Positions 62,005 to 64,000 of a stretch of DNA of 64,000 nt are shown in pieces (the stretch's first letter is position 1; the number at the start of each line of letters is the position of its first letter). This DNA comes from Camelus dromedarius. Its lineage: Eukaryota. The position numbers and the translations under genes are program-made. The DNA lies in the NCBI RefSeq assembly GCF_036321535.1, contig NC_087471.1, positions 1,364,001-1,428,000 on the forward strand, in the 5' to 3' direction. Under the pieces are notes generated by a model. The model had not been told where the DNA came from and searched no databases. It worked only from the letters and a program-made list of their open reading frames with translations.

Positions 62005-62452
62005 AGCCCACATGGATGGACCTGGAGATCGTCATTCTAAGTGAAGTAAGCCAGACAGAGAAAGAAAAATACCATATGAGATCACTCATCTGGGGAATCT
62101 AAAAAAGAAAAAAAGGAAAAAAGAGGACAGCAATGAACTCATCTGCAAAACAGAGACAGACTCTCCGACATAGTAAACAATCTTACGGTTACTGGGGGGA
62201 AGGGGGTGGGAAAGGATGAATTTGGGAGTTTGAGATTTGCAAATGTTAGCCACTATATATAAAAATAGACAAAAAAACAAATTTCTTCTGTAGAGCACAG
62301 GGCACTGTATTCAATATCTTGTAATAACCTTTAATGAAAAAGAATAAGAAAATGAATGTATGTATGTATGTGCGTGACCCGGACGCTGTGCTGTGTGCCA
62401 GAAACTGACACATTGCAACTGACTGTACTATATAAAAATTAATAAATAAATG
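62005..62452 (+). mobile_element. Lineage-specific L1 3'UTR fragment
   Basis: acatggatggacctggagatcgtcattctaagtgaagtaagccagacagagaaagaaaaataccatatgagatcac...aataaataaa. Confidence 0.93.
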
Positions 62453-63318
62453 AATATTCCCTTTTCTGTATGTGCCAAGTACAAATGTGAGGATAGACTT
62501 CAAGGGAAAATTTGGACCAATGCCCACCTTCCAAAAAAAAACTGGGAAGAAGGCATAGTTCAGGGCAGTCCTTCATCTAGTGCTTCATCTTCTAACGTGA
62601 AATCCGCTGCCTGTGACAACGGACAGTTGCCCTTTGACCTCTCTGCGGTCTTCTGCAAGGCTTAAGGTCAATTACAGAAGCCCGAGTGAGGAGGTCAGCT
62701 GATGCTGCCCTACTTCGTTCCCCCAAATACTTGGTTCCCTTACAAAGTGTAAATTCTGTGTAAATTGTAATGCCGGAAGCTGGCCGACCTGAGACTGGGA
62801 GTGAAGTCGAGAAAGGACATTTCAGTCACTCGCTCTACCTCCTGGGACTTCCGGGCTCTGTGCCCTTGGAGCCGTCTGCAGGAAATCAGAAAGGTCCAGG
62901 ACCCCATCCCCTGCTCCTGCATCCATCATTGCGTGGCTGGCCGTCCCCCTCTTCGCTAGGGGAGGGTATTTTTCTTCCGATTCTGCACTGGTCCCAGCAT
63001 TTGAGAGTTTGTGTCCCATCTTTTCTTGCAGATACCGCTGCGCCAGCATCTCCTCTGCTTCACAGAAACAGCATTTACCACAGCGACAGACAGACGCGAG
63101 GAAAGGCCTGCCCCCCGACACAGTGGGCATGAGCCCCTCCGCGGACCCCAGCCGGCCGCCCTCCCCTTTACACACCGTCTTCAGAAGAAGCCTCCCTGCC
63201 TTGCTTTCCTCTTTAATTTTTATCCTTTATTTCTAACTCCCTGATACAAGGCTTCCACTAAAACCAGACGTTTAGATTCCAGAAGGTCCCAAAGGCTTAT
63301 TTTTTCTTTATCTACACG

Positions 63319-63321
<3 letters not shown>

Positions 63322-63352
<31 letters not shown>
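63322..63352. repeat. (AC)n microsatellite
   Basis: Perfect AC run. Confidence 0.95.
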
Positions 63353-63354
<2 letters not shown>

Positions 63355-63389
63355 TTTACACACGCGCGTTGCTTGACATCTTAGGTTAA

Positions 63390-63740
63390 TTGCTAATGTT
63401 GACGATTCCCAAACCTGAAATTCCCAGCCACACTTCTACTTTGAGCCCCAGCCCAGCATCCCCTTTCTTTGTGGATCTGAGCATCGTAGTTTGAGCAAGT
63501 CTAAAACTTAACTCATCTCCACTTTCCCAAGCCCACTAGACCTGTTGCTCCTGGAATCCATGCTGCTGAAAAGCGTCACATCCAACCCATTGTTCAACCC
63601 GAGGGTGATCCTGGATGCTACGTGCTCCTGGTTTCCTGGTTCCATCGGTCACCCAAGCCTCCAGCTCTACCTGGCCAGTCTCTCCCTATCCACTACTTTA
63701 GCTCATGCCCCCATCATGTCTTCCCACCCATGCTTAAAAA
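63390..63740 (+). mobile_element. L2 fragment
   Basis: gctaatgttgacgattcccaaacctgaaattcccagcc...aagtctaaaacttaactcatctcc...gggtgatcctggatgc. Confidence 0.55.
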
Positions 63741-64000
63741 CCATCCATAATAATTGTGAAATATAACACAAGAAGATAGCATAAAATTCAAATATATAGT
63801 ATATTTTTTTTAAAAAGCCATGTTACCATGTAGTGTTCAGGCCAAGGAAAAGAATATCCCAGCGTTCCCTGAATTGTCTTCCTCCTTCTAGGGGCAGCCG
63901 CGAGGCCGGTTTCCGTTCCTTGCTCTTCTGCCAGTTACACCACCAGCACCTGCGTCTCTGAGCTGTGGGATGTGACTCGCCTGTCTGTGAGCAACTTGTC

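Noticed and set aside
1-64000. Prokaryotic-type systems (CRISPR arrays, operons, defence loci)
   Set aside because: The sequence is mammalian, with no direct-repeat/spacer arrays or gene-dense coding structure.

Overview
Mammalian, almost certainly camelid, genomic DNA: it has two Vic-1-type tRNA-derived SINEs and no recognisable ruminant Bov-tA/BovB or pig PRE-1 elements. The window is GC- and CpG-rich, has five N-gaps, and contains no protein-coding exon or RNA gene I can recognise. It reads as intergenic or deep-intronic sequence. Much of it is transposon-derived: lineage-specific 5'-truncated L1s, old L1M/L2/MIR, MaLR (MLT1), MER21 and ERV1-type solo LTRs, MER3/MER5 and a Tigger4-like DNA transposon. 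Between these lie microsatellites, CpG-island-like blocks and candidate enhancers. The only ORFs with recognisable homology are decayed L1 ORF1/ORF2 pieces; the other long ORFs look like chance open frames of GC-rich DNA. I found no evidence of a novel protein-coding system. The most interesting signals are: (i) ancient repeats apparently rewritten towards G/C and CpG, suggesting GC-biased gene conversion; (ii) a three-block L1 with an internal inversion and an LTR inserted in its 5' YY1-type motif; (iii) an unexplained degenerate ~52-bp tandem repeat; (iv) long Z-DNA-prone tracts beside TF motifs; (v) a possibly recurrent insertion hotspot in the L1 3' A-tract. Repeat subfamily names come from my recollection of consensus sequences and need RepeatMasker/Dfam confirmation. 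Boundaries of old repeats are approximate.
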